From: Alkanindiges sp. WGS2144
GTDB lineage: Bacteria; Pseudomonadota; Gammaproteobacteria; Pseudomonadales; Moraxellaceae
Reading direction: 5' to 3' (one strand)
DNA length: 32,000 nt
NCBI RefSeq assembly: GCF_043950625.1
Contig: NZ_CP171007.1
Positions 1 through 9,536 of the stretch are shown here, one piece after another. The position numbers and the translations under genes are program-made. Under the pieces are notes generated by a model that saw only the letters and a list, made by a program, of their open reading frames with translations, made no database searches and was not told the DNA's origin. Position 1 is the stretch's first letter. Every line of letters begins with the position of its first letter.

Positions 1-572
1 TGCAAGGCCTGTTTGAACTGCTGATAAACCTTCCACTCACTACGGCGGCTAATGGCAATATTCCAGTGCGACACATCGACTGGCTGTGGGGCAATAGTGC
101 TCCATATCAATTTGTCATCTACGCTATCCACACGGCAAACCGGCTGGTTTGTTTGGGTCAGGTAAATCCGCTTTAAGGTCGGAATACCAATGAGTGCCAG
201 CTCAACCTGACCATTAATAATCAGCGCTATGTTGACCGTAAACTCACCAGTTTTATTGATAAACTCACGCGTACCATCCAGCGGATCAACCAGCCAGAAT
301 TCCTGCCAGTCATGGCGTAACTCATGGTCGGATGACTCCTCCGACAGCACCGGAATCAAAGGATTTATACGCAATAACCCCTGCTCAATCAGATGATGCG
401 CGGCCATATCAGCCTCAGTGACTGGCGACTTGTCCGCCTTATTGCTAATTTGCAGCATTTGGTTTTGTGTGTAATGCTGATAAAATTGACACAGGCGCTG
501 ATTAACCGTACTGACCAGCTCAACAAGTTGCACAATAACTGCCTGATCAAATCTTAATCCGCGCTCTATCAT
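1..572 (-). CDS. cysQ: 3'(2'),5'-bisphosphate nucleotidase CysQ (C-terminus runs off the left edge; the N-terminal ~190 aa are present)
   Basis: My reverse-strand translation starts at the ATG at 570-572 (MIERGLRFDQ...). It contains KADKSPVTEADMAAH, VLSEE and WLVDPLDGTREFINKTGEFTVNIALI, matching the E. coli CysQ / inositol-monophosphatase-family metal-binding motifs. This ORF is not in the supplied ORF track. Confidence 0.85.
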   Translation of the reverse strand, partial: MIERGLRFDQAVIVQLVELVSTVNQRLCQFYQHYTQNQMLQISNKADKSPVTEADMAAHHLIEQGLLRINPLIPVLSEESSDHELRHDWQEFWLVDPLDGTREFINKTGEFTVNIALIINGQVELALIGIPTLKRIYLTQTNQPVCRVDSVDDKLIWSTIAPQPVDVSHWNIAISRRSEWKVYQQFKQAL

Positions 573-602
573 TTGCTTATTCATCTTTACCGGGAAAATC
601 TA

Positions 603-1289
603 TTGAATATCAACTGGAATACCATTGATCTGGTCATGTTTGACATGGATGGTACGTTGCTTGACCTATCATTTGACAACTTATTCTGGCAGCAGGCTGT
701 CCCTGAAGCTTGGGCAACCCTGAATCAGCATGCACCGGAATATGCCCAGGAAATATTAAAGCCCATTTTTAAAGCGCAGGAGGGCACGCTCAACTGGTAC
801 TCCCTGCCCTACTGGAGTGAGCAACTACAACTTGATCTAAGCACGCTCAAAACACAATATCAAGCGCATATTTGTCTGCGTCCACATGCTTTACAGCTTC
901 TACAGGACTTAAAGCAGGCTGGCAAGCAGCTGTGGCTGGTGACCAATGCCCATCCGATTGTGCTTGAAATCAAAATGCAAAAAACCGGTATTGCTCATTT
1001 ATTTGACCAGCTTATTTCCAGCCATGACCTGGGCTATGCCAAAGAACAGGCGTTATTCTGGCAACAACTCAGCCAACAGTACCCTTTTGAAAAAACCCGC
1101 AGTATCTTTATTGATGATAGCGAACCGGTACTCCAGGCCGCACAACATTATGGTATACCGCATCTGTATGGCATTGCTCAGCCAGACAGCAAATTGCCCG
1201 CACGCCAGCAGTTGAAATTTCCGGCAATAGACCAATTAAATGAGCTAAGCAAAAGTTTATTATGTCTCCCTGTTGAGGAAGCTCTCTAA
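603..1289 (+). CDS. yrfG: HAD-superfamily GMP/IMP nucleotidase, YrfG-like
   Basis: Track ORF 573-1289. It has the HAD motif I FDMDGTLLDL and aligns along its length to E. coli YrfG from memory (DMDGTLLDLAFDNYFWQ, LNWY, YWSEQL, LLTNAHP, FIDDSE). It lies next to hslR as in E. coli. The start is uncertain: 573 abuts the divergent cysQ ATG, and TTG at 603 gives MNINWNTIDLV..., parallel to the E. coli N-terminus. Confidence 0.8.
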   Translation: MNINWNTIDLVMFDMDGTLLDLSFDNLFWQQAVPEAWATLNQHAPEYAQEILKPIFKAQEGTLNWYSLPYWSEQLQLDLSTLKTQYQAHICLRPHALQLLQDLKQAGKQLWLVTNAHPIVLEIKMQKTGIAHLFDQLISSHDLGYAKEQALFWQQLSQQYPFEKTRSIFIDDSEPVLQAAQHYGIPHLYGIAQPDSKLPARQQLKFPAIDQLNELSKSLLCLPVEEAL

Positions 1290-1317
1290 AGGGATATAAA
1301 TGATTAACGGAAAGTGA

Positions 1318-1770
1318 ATGAAAAAAGCTGAAAAAAATTCAGACAGCAAATGTCCGCAAGACACTCAAAGCATGCGGATTGACAAATGGCTATGGGCTGC
1401 CCGCTTTTTTAAAACCCGTAGCATTGCCAAGGAAGCCATCGAAGGCGGTAAGGTTCACCACGACGGTAACCGGGTTAAAGTCAGTAAGGATGTCCGTACT
1501 GGTATGCAATTGACCATCCGGCAGGGCTTTGATGAAAAAACAGTCATTGTTAAGGCATTATCCGAAGTGCGTGGTGGTGCACCGCAAGCACAGATTTTGT
1601 ATGAGGAAACAGCAGAGAGCATTGCCAAACGCGAGTTTTATAGTAGCCAGCGCAAACTCTCTAATCTGGCACGTCCAGATCATCGGCCCAGTAAACGTGA
1701 CCGGCGGCAAATCCACCGCTTTCAGCAAGTAAATTCAATGGGTTACAATAGTAACGATGAAGGCTTTTAA
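1318..1770 (+). CDS. hslR: Ribosome-associated heat shock protein Hsp15 (S4-domain RNA-binding protein)
   Basis: RIDKWLWAARFFKTRSIAKEAIEGGKVHHDG...TVIVKAL...LYEETAESIAKRE closely parallels E. coli HslR. There is a GGAAAG SD upstream of the ATG. Confidence 0.9.
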   Translation: MKKAEKNSDSKCPQDTQSMRIDKWLWAARFFKTRSIAKEAIEGGKVHHDGNRVKVSKDVRTGMQLTIRQGFDEKTVIVKALSEVRGGAPQAQILYEETAESIAKREFYSSQRKLSNLARPDHRPSKRDRRQIHRFQQVNSMGYNSNDEGF

Positions 1771-1950
1771 GGCAGATTACTAGCGACAAATCATGTCGCA
1801 CCACAACCTTTGACCCCTGTTCACCCTACCCTTTTTTTGTCATTATAGTGCCTGCCCAGGTTGCATTAGCAATAGTAGTAAACAAGGCATCCACTTTAGT
1901 TTTAGAAGTAATAAGCGTATAACCGCTACACAGTCAATGAGGTTGATGAG

Positions 1951-3006
1951 ATGGATGAGAATAAAAGCAAAGCACTCAGTGCCGCTTTAAGTCAGATTGA
2001 AAAACAATTCGGCAAAAATACCGTCATGCGCTTGGGCGACAATACCGTACAAGCCATTGAAGCCATATCCACCGGTTCTTTAAGTCTGGATATTGCACTG
2101 GGTATTGGTGGCTTGCCAAAAGGCCGTATTATCGAAATCTATGGCCCGGAATCTTCTGGTAAAACCACCATGACCCTGCAAGTGATTGCCGAGTGTCAAA
2201 AAGCTGGTGGTACGGCAGCATTCATTGATGCCGAGCATGCGCTTGATCCGCAATATGCACGCAAACTGGGCGTGGATATTGATAATCTGCTGGTCTCCCA
2301 GCCAGACCATGGTGAACAAGCTTTAGAGATTGCTGACATGCTGGTGCGCTCTGGTGCAGTTGACCTGATCGTGGTGGACTCAGTGGCTGCTCTGACCCCT
2401 AAAGCTGAAATTGAAGGCGAAATGGGTGACTCACACATGGGTCTGCAAGCCCGTCTAATGAGTCAGGCACTGCGTAAGATTACTGGTAACGCCAAGCGCT
2501 CCAACTGTATGGTAATCTTTATCAACCAGATTCGTATGAAGATTGGCGTGATGTTTGGTAGTCCGGAAACCACCACTGGTGGTAATGCCCTCAAGTTCTA
2601 TGCCTCTGTACGTCTGGACATTCGCCGGATTGGTCAGGTTAAGGAAGGTGATGAAATTACTGGTTCTGAGACCCGCATTAAGGTAGTCAAGAACAAAATG
2701 GCTCCTCCGTTCCGCGAAGCCCTGTTCCAGATCATGTATGGTAAAGGCACTAACCGTCTAGGTGAGCTAGTAGACCTAGCCGCAGCGCATGATATCGTGC
2801 AAAAATCCGGGGCCTGGTATGCCTATAAAGGTGCCAAAATTGGTCAGGGTAAAAATAACGTGATTCGTTATTTTGAAGAAAATCCGGAAATTGCTAAAGA
2901 AATTGATACACAGGTACGTGACCTGCTACTGGTCAAGGTAGATCCAGCCAAACTACAGCAAGAAGATGATGAGCGTGAACCAAGTCTGGCTGAACTGGAC
3001 TTGTAA
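1951..3006 (+). CDS. recA: Recombinase RecA
   Basis: 351 aa with Walker [10 protein letters not shown] and near-identity over long stretches to the Acinetobacter RecA that I recall (MDENKSKAL...[17 protein letters not shown]...). There is a GAGG SD. Confidence 0.99.
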   Translation: MDENKSKALSAALSQIEKQFGKNTVMRLGDNTVQAIEAISTGSLSLDIALGIGGLPKGRIIEIYGPESSGKTTMTLQVIAECQKAGGTAAFIDAEHALDPQYARKLGVDIDNLLVSQPDHGEQALEIADMLVRSGAVDLIVVDSVAALTPKAEIEGEMGDSHMGLQARLMSQALRKITGNAKRSNCMVIFINQIRMKIGVMFGSPETTTGGNALKFYASVRLDIRRIGQVKEGDEITGSETRIKVVKNKMAPPFREALFQIMYGKGTNRLGELVDLAAAHDIVQKSGAWYAYKGAKIGQGKNNVIRYFEENPEIAKEIDTQVRDLLLVKVDPAKLQQEDDEREPSLAELDL

Positions 3007-3033
3007 TAACTCTACTCTTTTACCGTTTAGACA

Positions 3034-3075
3034 AGCGCCTTTATGGTTAATACTGTAAGGGCGTTTTGTTTTTAA
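3034..3075 (+). terminator. Rho-independent terminator candidate after recA
   Basis: The stem pairs 3034-3043 with 3056-3065 (includes G-U pairs) around a 12-nt loop, followed by TTTTGTTTTT. Confidence 0.55.
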
Positions 3076-3122
3076 ACTGTTTTTGAGTCAAATGAGTCCT
3101 TTATCTTAAAGCAGGTGTCAAT

Positions 3123-3620
3123 ATGAAGCGCTTTCAAAAAAATAGTGATCTGCCCAAACCCGCCGGTAGTTTGACGGGTCAGCGCCTGCGTAGCACCGCC
3201 TTTGCCCTGCTGGCCAAACGTGAGCACTCCAGGCAAGAGCTAAAAAGTAAGTTAACCCTGTATGGCGCCAGTGCTGATGAACTGGAGCCTCTACTGGCCG
3301 AACTTACTGGCAACAACTACCAAAGCGATGAGCGTATGGCGGGTATGCTGGTAAGAGCCAATATGCGTAAAGGCCGGGGGCCGGCACGCATTCAACAGGA
3401 ACTTAAGAAACATCATATTGAAGCAGAGCTGGCGGAGGATGATTTAGAAGAGGTCAACTGGCTGGAGCAGGCCATTGAGCTACGCATGCGCAAATTTGGT
3501 GAGGAATTGCCCACGGAGCAAAAAGAAAAAGCCCGTCAGGTACGCTTTTTACAATACCGTGGTTTTGATCTGGATACCTGCTTTAAAGCCATTAGCCAAA
3601 ACCACATTGATGAGGAGTAA
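3123..3620 (+). CDS. recX: RecA regulator RecX
   Basis: 165 aa immediately downstream of recA. It has RecX-like helical-repeat sequence (ALLAKREHSRQELKSKL..., RFLQYRGF) and an AGGTG SD. Confidence 0.9.
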   Translation: MKRFQKNSDLPKPAGSLTGQRLRSTAFALLAKREHSRQELKSKLTLYGASADELEPLLAELTGNNYQSDERMAGMLVRANMRKGRGPARIQQELKKHHIEAELAEDDLEEVNWLEQAIELRMRKFGEELPTEQKEKARQVRFLQYRGFDLDTCFKAISQNHIDEE

Positions 3621-3670
3621 GCCGCAACAGCATAAAAAACGACTCATCACTCAGCCACTATTCGTCTTTT

Positions 3671-4024
3671 TTATATTTTTCGGGCGTAGGAACTTGCCCC
3701 GCTAATGCTCACCGTGGCCTTACCATTTTTATTTGGACTGGTTTTATACAACACACTGGAGCTAGCCCCCACAATACGCACATGGCTTACGCTATCTGCC
3801 TCTACCTTCACACTCGCGCCGTTGATCTCAATGCGATTGCAATGCCCGGTTGCACGGATGCTATTACTCGCCCCATTAATCACCAAATTATTGTTATGGC
3901 AAGCAACAGTCTGCTGAATGGACACGCCCTCAAGCAAAATATCCTGTGCCAGCGCAGATGAAGCTAGCGCCAGTGTACCAGTGAGTAGTAATGCAGCTTG
4001 CTTCAAAGTAGTTTTAATATTCAT
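3671..4024 (-). CDS. Secreted repeat protein, DUF3060-like
   Basis: It has a signal peptide (MNIKTTLKQAALLLTGTLALASSALA|QD), then four spaced units INGASNSI / INGASVKV / IVGASSSV / ISGASSYA typical of DUF3060-type beta-solenoid repeats. The start was chosen at Met-17 of the track ORF; Met-12 at 4039 is also possible. The SD is weak. Confidence 0.6.
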   Translation of the reverse strand: MNIKTTLKQAALLLTGTLALASSALAQDILLEGVSIQQTVACHNNNLVINGASNSIRATGHCNRIEINGASVKVEADSVSHVRIVGASSSVLYKTSPNKNGKATVSISGASSYARKI

Positions 4025-4164
4025 CAGCTTGATATCCATCACTAAGAACACAGCGTTTAATATACGCAGCATAGCAAGCGAAAAAATAAAATAAGTGAGG
4101 AACTTTGTAATAAAAGTGTATGAAGTAAAGGAAGGATGTGAGTAAGCAATGATTTATTTTTATT

Positions 4165-4283
<119 letters not shown>

Positions 4284-4289
4284 AGCGCA

Positions 4290-4317
4290 AGTATAGTGCT
4301 TCTCTAGCGGAATGCAA
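4290..4317 (-). promoter_or_regulatory. Candidate sigma70 promoter for ffs
   Basis: On the minus strand, TTGCAT (4317-4312), a 16-nt spacer and TATACT (4295-4290) place the TSS about 7 nt downstream, just before the SRP RNA 5' helix. Confidence 0.5.
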
Positions 4318-4370
4318 AGCATGGCCTGCGCAAAACTTGTGCATCTGGCTGCAAGCAAATAACAGGCAGG

Positions 4371-4412
4371 CAAAATAAAAGCCATACCCTGTATTGGCAT
4401 GGCTTTTATGGT
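4371..4412 (-). terminator. Rho-independent terminator (bidirectional shape) downstream of the Q/N-rich ORF
   Basis: The hairpin GCCATACC/GGCATGGC (4381-4388 with 4396-4403, one mismatch, 7-nt loop) is extended by A/T pairs. It is followed by TTTTATTTTG on the minus strand and also by a T-run on the plus strand. Confidence 0.7.
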
Positions 4413-4473
4413 TTTGTGATATCCAGAATACTATAAGCAATCAAACAGGTTATTCTGCTGTGTGCAGAACCGC

Positions 4474-4896
4474 TTAACCATCTGATTGCTGACTAGGATC
4501 AGTCTGGGTAATGCTTTGCGGTTGGTTGGGCTGGGTCTGGTTGGATTGGTAGGTCTGGTTTAGGGGTTTATTCGGATCTGGGCTTTGCTGGTTCATCTGG
4601 CCGGCCCGATCAGACTGGTTGGACTGGTTAGCCTGCCCGCTGGAGCTTTGCTGGTTGTGTTGCCCCATCCCTTGTGATGATTGATTTTGCTGGTTGCTAT
4701 TACCACTACCCTGATTATGCTGACCAGTACCCGTTGAGGTTTGGTTTTGCTGACTGGTAGAAGGATTCTGCTGTCCAGTCTGGTTAGTTTGCTGGTTTTG
4801 CTGATTCTGTTGATTTCCTTGCTGATTGTGCTGGTTGCCCTGCTGACTGGTCTGATTGTGCTGGTTGCTACCTGAAGTGTTGGACTGGTTTGTCAT
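4474..4896 (-). CDS. Q/N-rich, low-complexity, predicted intrinsically disordered protein (140 aa) of unknown function
   Basis: There is an ATG with a GGGAGAAG SD about 7 nt upstream and a dedicated terminator downstream, and no competing long ORF on the other strand. By hand count there are about 44 Gln and 24 Asn; the rest is mostly Ser/Thr/Gly/His/Pro. I see no signal peptide or TM segment. Confidence 0.6.
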   Translation of the reverse strand: MTNQSNTSGSNQHNQTSQQGNQHNQQGNQQNQQNQQTNQTGQQNPSTSQQNQTSTGTGQHNQGSGNSNQQNQSSQGMGQHNQQSSSGQANQSNQSDRAGQMNQQSPDPNKPLNQTYQSNQTQPNQPQSITQTDPSQQSDG

Positions 4897-5157
4897 CTTG
4901 CTTCTCCCTTGAGAGTAATTTTGACCGTTAATTCGGTTCTTATAAATTAGCCTTAATCACAGCATTACATTGTCGAAAAATTCATCATTTTTATATCTAA
5001 AAAACCCTGTTGCGTGATCTTGGGTAAACAAAGTAATTTTTTATAGAGAGTGTAAGCAAGTATATCTCCCTACGCTATAGAAACCTCTTTTCACTTATAA
5101 CCAGTCCCAGCTTATGCTATGTTCCTAATGATTAGTTATTGATTGCTTAACGAACCT

Positions 5158-6216
5158 ATGTCACGCGTGAAAAATTCTAAATCACTCACTATGTTACCTA
5201 CCCAATCCAGCTTACAGCATGCGTTATTCACACCGGCTTATGCTTATACACAGACCGATCATAGTCATGCGCATGGGTTTTTTAATGTCAGAGCCGATGC
5301 TTATTTTGACCATATACATCAAAGCACAGCAATTTATGAGTGGTTGCTGTTTAGAAAACCGGCGCAGTGGCCAGCCGCTGAACAACTAAATGCCTGCCTG
5401 GAAAAACCAGTACCACGGCCTCATGCGTCCCTTGACGACTGGCAGGTATGGTTTGTGGGACACGCCACCGTTCTGGTTCAGATAGGGCCTTATCATTTTT
5501 TAACCGATCCGGTATGGGCAGAACGGGTTAGCCCTTTTACAGGTCTGGGGCCTAAACGGGTACGTCCGGCTGGGATTGCCCTGGATGAGCTACCGCCCAT
5601 TGATGCAGTATTGCTCAGCCACAATCATTACGATCACCTCGACCTGGCCAGTCTGGAGTGGTTATATCAGCGTGACCGCATGCCAATTTATACCGGACTG
5701 GCAAATGGTTGCTACCTGCCTGAATATATGCAGGTTATTGAACTGGACTGGTGGCAACAGGCAGCATTTGCACCCGACCCCCGCATCAGGATTGCATATA
5801 CACCGGCCCATCATTTTTCAGGCCGCGGCCTCAAAGACCGCAATAAGGCATTATGGGGCGGCTTGTCCATTTTAACGCCGGATGACCATTGTTTTTTTGC
5901 TGGAGATACCGGTTATGCTTCTCACTTTAAGCAGATTCGCCAGCGTCTGGGAGCGCCAAGGCTTGCGCTTTTGCCCATAGGTGCATACGAACCACGTCAG
6001 CTCATGCGTGCCATGCATATGAATCCTGCCGATGCCGTACAGGCTCATCTGGACTTGCAGGCCAAACAGTCCCTGTCCATTCATTACCGTACCTTTCAAC
6101 TAACCGATGAGGCCATCAACCAGCCCCTGATTGAACTTGCCTGTGCTCTGACTCACAAGCAGATTTTTGACCATTCTTTTTTTAACTTAATGGAAGGCCA
6201 TGGGCGTAAAGTGTAG
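5158..6216 (+). CDS. MBL-fold metallo-hydrolase (NAPE-PLD-like / Zn-dependent hydrolase)
   Basis: It has the HxHxDH motif SHNHYDHLD and downstream His/Asp ligand positions (FAGDTGY, HHF). The overall layout is that of bacterial NAPE-PLD-like MBL proteins. The start is set at the first ATG (5158) rather than the TTG at 5143. Confidence 0.8.
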   Translation: MSRVKNSKSLTMLPTQSSLQHALFTPAYAYTQTDHSHAHGFFNVRADAYFDHIHQSTAIYEWLLFRKPAQWPAAEQLNACLEKPVPRPHASLDDWQVWFVGHATVLVQIGPYHFLTDPVWAERVSPFTGLGPKRVRPAGIALDELPPIDAVLLSHNHYDHLDLASLEWLYQRDRMPIYTGLANGCYLPEYMQVIELDWWQQAAFAPDPRIRIAYTPAHHFSGRGLKDRNKALWGGLSILTPDDHCFFAGDTGYASHFKQIRQRLGAPRLALLPIGAYEPRQLMRAMHMNPADAVQAHLDLQAKQSLSIHYRTFQLTDEAINQPLIELACALTHKQIFDHSFFNLMEGHGRKV

Positions 6217-6377
6217 TTTTTCTCAAGTCTTGGCAATAAACCCGCGCTACACTATTTTAAACACAGTAAAAAATAAATATGTGATTTAATGCGCTACCAT
6301 TCTAAGATGACTTTATTTGGCCTAAGTGCTTGGTATATTTTTGCATTAAACCCGTTTATCAATGAGATTACTCTGGT

Positions 6378-7274
6378 ATGTTCCACTTCTTTCTTCCCAA
6401 AAAATCTACCTGCTCAGTGGCTGTTGCCAGCCTGTTAATGCTGGGACTGACCCACTCCTCCAACGCTGCCGTACCTATTGAACAAGGTTCTCTCACCCGT
6501 AACAATACTGCGATTGTTTCAAGTAATGCTGCCACTTTGGACAGTCAGGGTTCTACTTTATGGCAGCTTTATCAGCAGGTTCAACAACTGCAACAGGAAG
6601 TACGCCAGTTACGCGGACAGCTAGAAGCACAACAGAACGGACTGGAGCGCACACAAAAAGAGCTTAAAAACCGCTATACCGATCTTGACCAGCGCCTGGA
6701 ATTACTCCGGGAACAATCTGAGCCTGCTGACTCCGATACGCCAAGTGAGGCTATTGATGAAAACAACTCAAATGACAATGCCGATCAGGACGAAGATGTC
6801 CCTGCCGATCCCTCTCCCACCTCTGCACCTGCGACTCGCTCCAGTAATAACCTGTATGTACAATCTGGCAGCACCAGCATAGATAGCGACAAAGCAGATG
6901 AGCAAGCTTACATTGGTGCATATGATGCCTATAAAGTCGGAGGAGCTACCAAGGCAATCAAGCCCATGCAGCAGTTTATTGTCAATTTTCCCAATAGTGT
7001 CTATGTACCTAATGCCTATTATTGGCTAGGGGAGTTTTATCTGGCCACTAATCCCGCCGATTTTGAAAAAGCCAAAAAAAGTTTTAATGAAGTGGTTAGT
7101 AAATATCCCAAAAGTGCCAAGGCTTCTACTTCTTTATACCGCCTAGCCACCATCAGTCAGGAAATTGATAAACGCACCCCGGAAGCACTCAATTTGATGA
7201 AAAAATTGAGCCGTGACTATCCGAATTCAACCGAAGCCCAATATGCAAAAAGCTTTATTGCAACGCATCCATAA
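6378..7274 (+). CDS. cpoB: Cell division coordinator CpoB / Tol-Pal system protein YbgF
   Basis: It has a signal peptide and an N-terminal coiled coil (LWQLYQQVQQLQQEVRQLRGQLEAQQ). The C-terminal TPR block FPNSVYVPNAYYWLGEFY...VVSKYPKSAKA...DYPNSTEA parallels E. coli YbgF. Confidence 0.8.
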   Translation: MFHFFLPKKSTCSVAVASLLMLGLTHSSNAAVPIEQGSLTRNNTAIVSSNAATLDSQGSTLWQLYQQVQQLQQEVRQLRGQLEAQQNGLERTQKELKNRYTDLDQRLELLREQSEPADSDTPSEAIDENNSNDNADQDEDVPADPSPTSAPATRSSNNLYVQSGSTSIDSDKADEQAYIGAYDAYKVGGATKAIKPMQQFIVNFPNSVYVPNAYYWLGEFYLATNPADFEKAKKSFNEVVSKYPKSAKASTSLYRLATISQEIDKRTPEALNLMKKLSRDYPNSTEAQYAKSFIATHP

Positions 7275-7355
7275 CTTTGGATTGCCTCGCTTAATTTGCT
7301 GGTATCGGCTATTTAGAATTTAGCTCGCCTTAAAGCCAGGCAATAGTGGTGCTAT

Positions 7356-7589
7356 TTACTGTTTGCGCCAATAATCATTTGCTGCGGCAATAGTTTGAAA
7401 ATTAATAGCGACCACCTGTGAGGCTGCCGTTAATCCCTCTGCACTGTTGGCATAGGCGGGACGTAGCTTGTGCAATACATCCGTATCCGGCTGGGTATAT
7501 TTAACGCCACGGCGACTTAGGGTAATCGCCAGTTCAAAACCTTCCTGCGGTGTACTGGTCATCAGTGTACTTAACCATTGATCAGCCAT
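7356..7589 (-). CDS. Hypothetical small protein (77 aa)
   Basis: There is a strong SD (AAGGAGAG) about 5 nt before the ATG. I recognise no family. The ORF is isolated and followed upstream by about 330 bp of AT-rich non-coding DNA. Confidence 0.5.
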   Translation of the reverse strand: MADQWLSTLMTSTPQEGFELAITLSRRGVKYTQPDTDVLHKLRPAYANSAEGLTAASQVVAINFQTIAAANDYWRKQ

Positions 7590-7860
7590 CTTGCTCTCCT
7601 TATGTTGCTGTTATTTTTTTACCTGACCCACCTTACAATATTAAACGGCAAAGCGGAACCAGAAAAGTTTTTAGCCTCTATTCAATCTGCTGATTTTGCT
7701 GACTACCTTACCAACTATCTGACAATGCTACCGGCAATTAATAAGATAGTCTGCTTATTCGGCTCATATTATTTTAGAAAATTTTTCTATGAAGAAACAG
7801 GATTACATAATTTCAGGTAGCTGCCACGGATTCAACTTATGGTTTAGTAGCTTTTTAGAC

Positions 7861-7895
7861 AAAAAAAGACCCCCACTATAGTTGGCAGGGGTCTT
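7861..7895 (-). terminator. Rho-independent terminator of ilvC
   Basis: AAGACCCC (7866-7873) pairs with GGGGTCTT (7888-7895). On the minus strand the hairpin is followed by TTTTTTT (complement of 7861-7867). It lies about 27 nt after the ilvC stop. Confidence 0.8.
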
Positions 7896-7921
7896 ACTTG
7901 ATTTTAGATCAGAACCGGTTC

Positions 7922-8965
<1,044 letters not shown>

Positions 8966-9013
8966 TCAGGTCGATTTAAAAATTAAGTGCCCAGTTTTTC
9001 TGGGTAATTAAAG

Positions 9014-9034
9014 GCCCCTACTTGCTAAAGGGGC
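9014..9034 (-). terminator. Weak hairpin between ilvH and ilvC (possible partial terminator or processing site)
   Basis: GCCCCT (9014-9019) pairs with AGGGGC (9029-9034) directly after the ilvH stop. The minus-strand tail CTTTAATT is a poor T-run. A second small hairpin, CCCAG-TTTTT-CTGGG, lies at 8990-9004. Confidence 0.3.
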
Positions 9035-9041
9035 ACAAGGA

Positions 9042-9536
9042 TCAAACAGTCAGTACTTTTTCACCACGGGCAATGCCAGACACACCAGAACGCACCACTT
9101 CCAGAATGGTATTTTCAGACAATGCTTCAATAAAACCGTCCAGCTTGTCGGTAGTGCCGGCAATTTGAATGGTATAGGTGGCTGGTGTAACGTCTACAAT
9201 CTGCGCACGGAAAATATCAGCGGTACGCTTGATTTCTGCACGAGCCGCACCAAGCGCTTTGACTTTGATGAGCATCAGCTCTCGCTCAATATGCGCACCT
9301 TCCGACAAATCAACCACTTTCACCACTTCAATCAGCTTGTTAAGCTGCTTGGTGATTTGCTCAATCTTGTGCTCATCGCCATAGGTGGTTAGGGTCAGGC
9401 GTGACAAGGTTTCATCTTCAGTAGGAGCAACGTTTAAGGTTTCAATATTATAGCCGCGCTGACTAAACAGACCTACCAGACGTGACAAAGCCCCCGCTTC
9501 GTTTTCAACTAATACGGAAATGATGTGGCGGTTCAT
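9042..9536 (-). CDS. ilvH: Acetolactate synthase (AHAS III) small regulatory subunit
   Basis: [34 protein letters not shown] is the ACT-domain N-terminus typical of IlvH/IlvN. A strong SD AAGGAGAG precedes the ATG, which overlaps the ilvI TGA as ATGA (9533-9536), indicating translational coupling. Confidence 0.95.
   Translation of the reverse strand: MNRHIISVLVENEAGALSRLVGLFSQRGYNIETLNVAPTEDETLSRLTLTTYGDEHKIEQITKQLNKLIEVVKVVDLSEGAHIERELMLIKVKALGAARAEIKRTADIFRAQIVDVTPATYTIQIAGTTDKLDGFIEALSENTILEVVRSGVSGIARGEKVLTV

Noticed and set aside
3621-3670. A possible bidirectional terminator between the convergent recX and DUF3060 genes.
   Set aside because: Only about 4-5 bp can pair (ACGA/TCGT) across an 18-nt loop. 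The A-run and T-run alone do not make a convincing hairpin.
7578-7820. An 80-aa plus-strand ORF (MISHLALLMLLLFFYL...).
   Set aside because: It has a non-ATG start overlapping the divergent orphan's start, no SD, and AT-rich low-complexity sequence typical of a translated promoter region.
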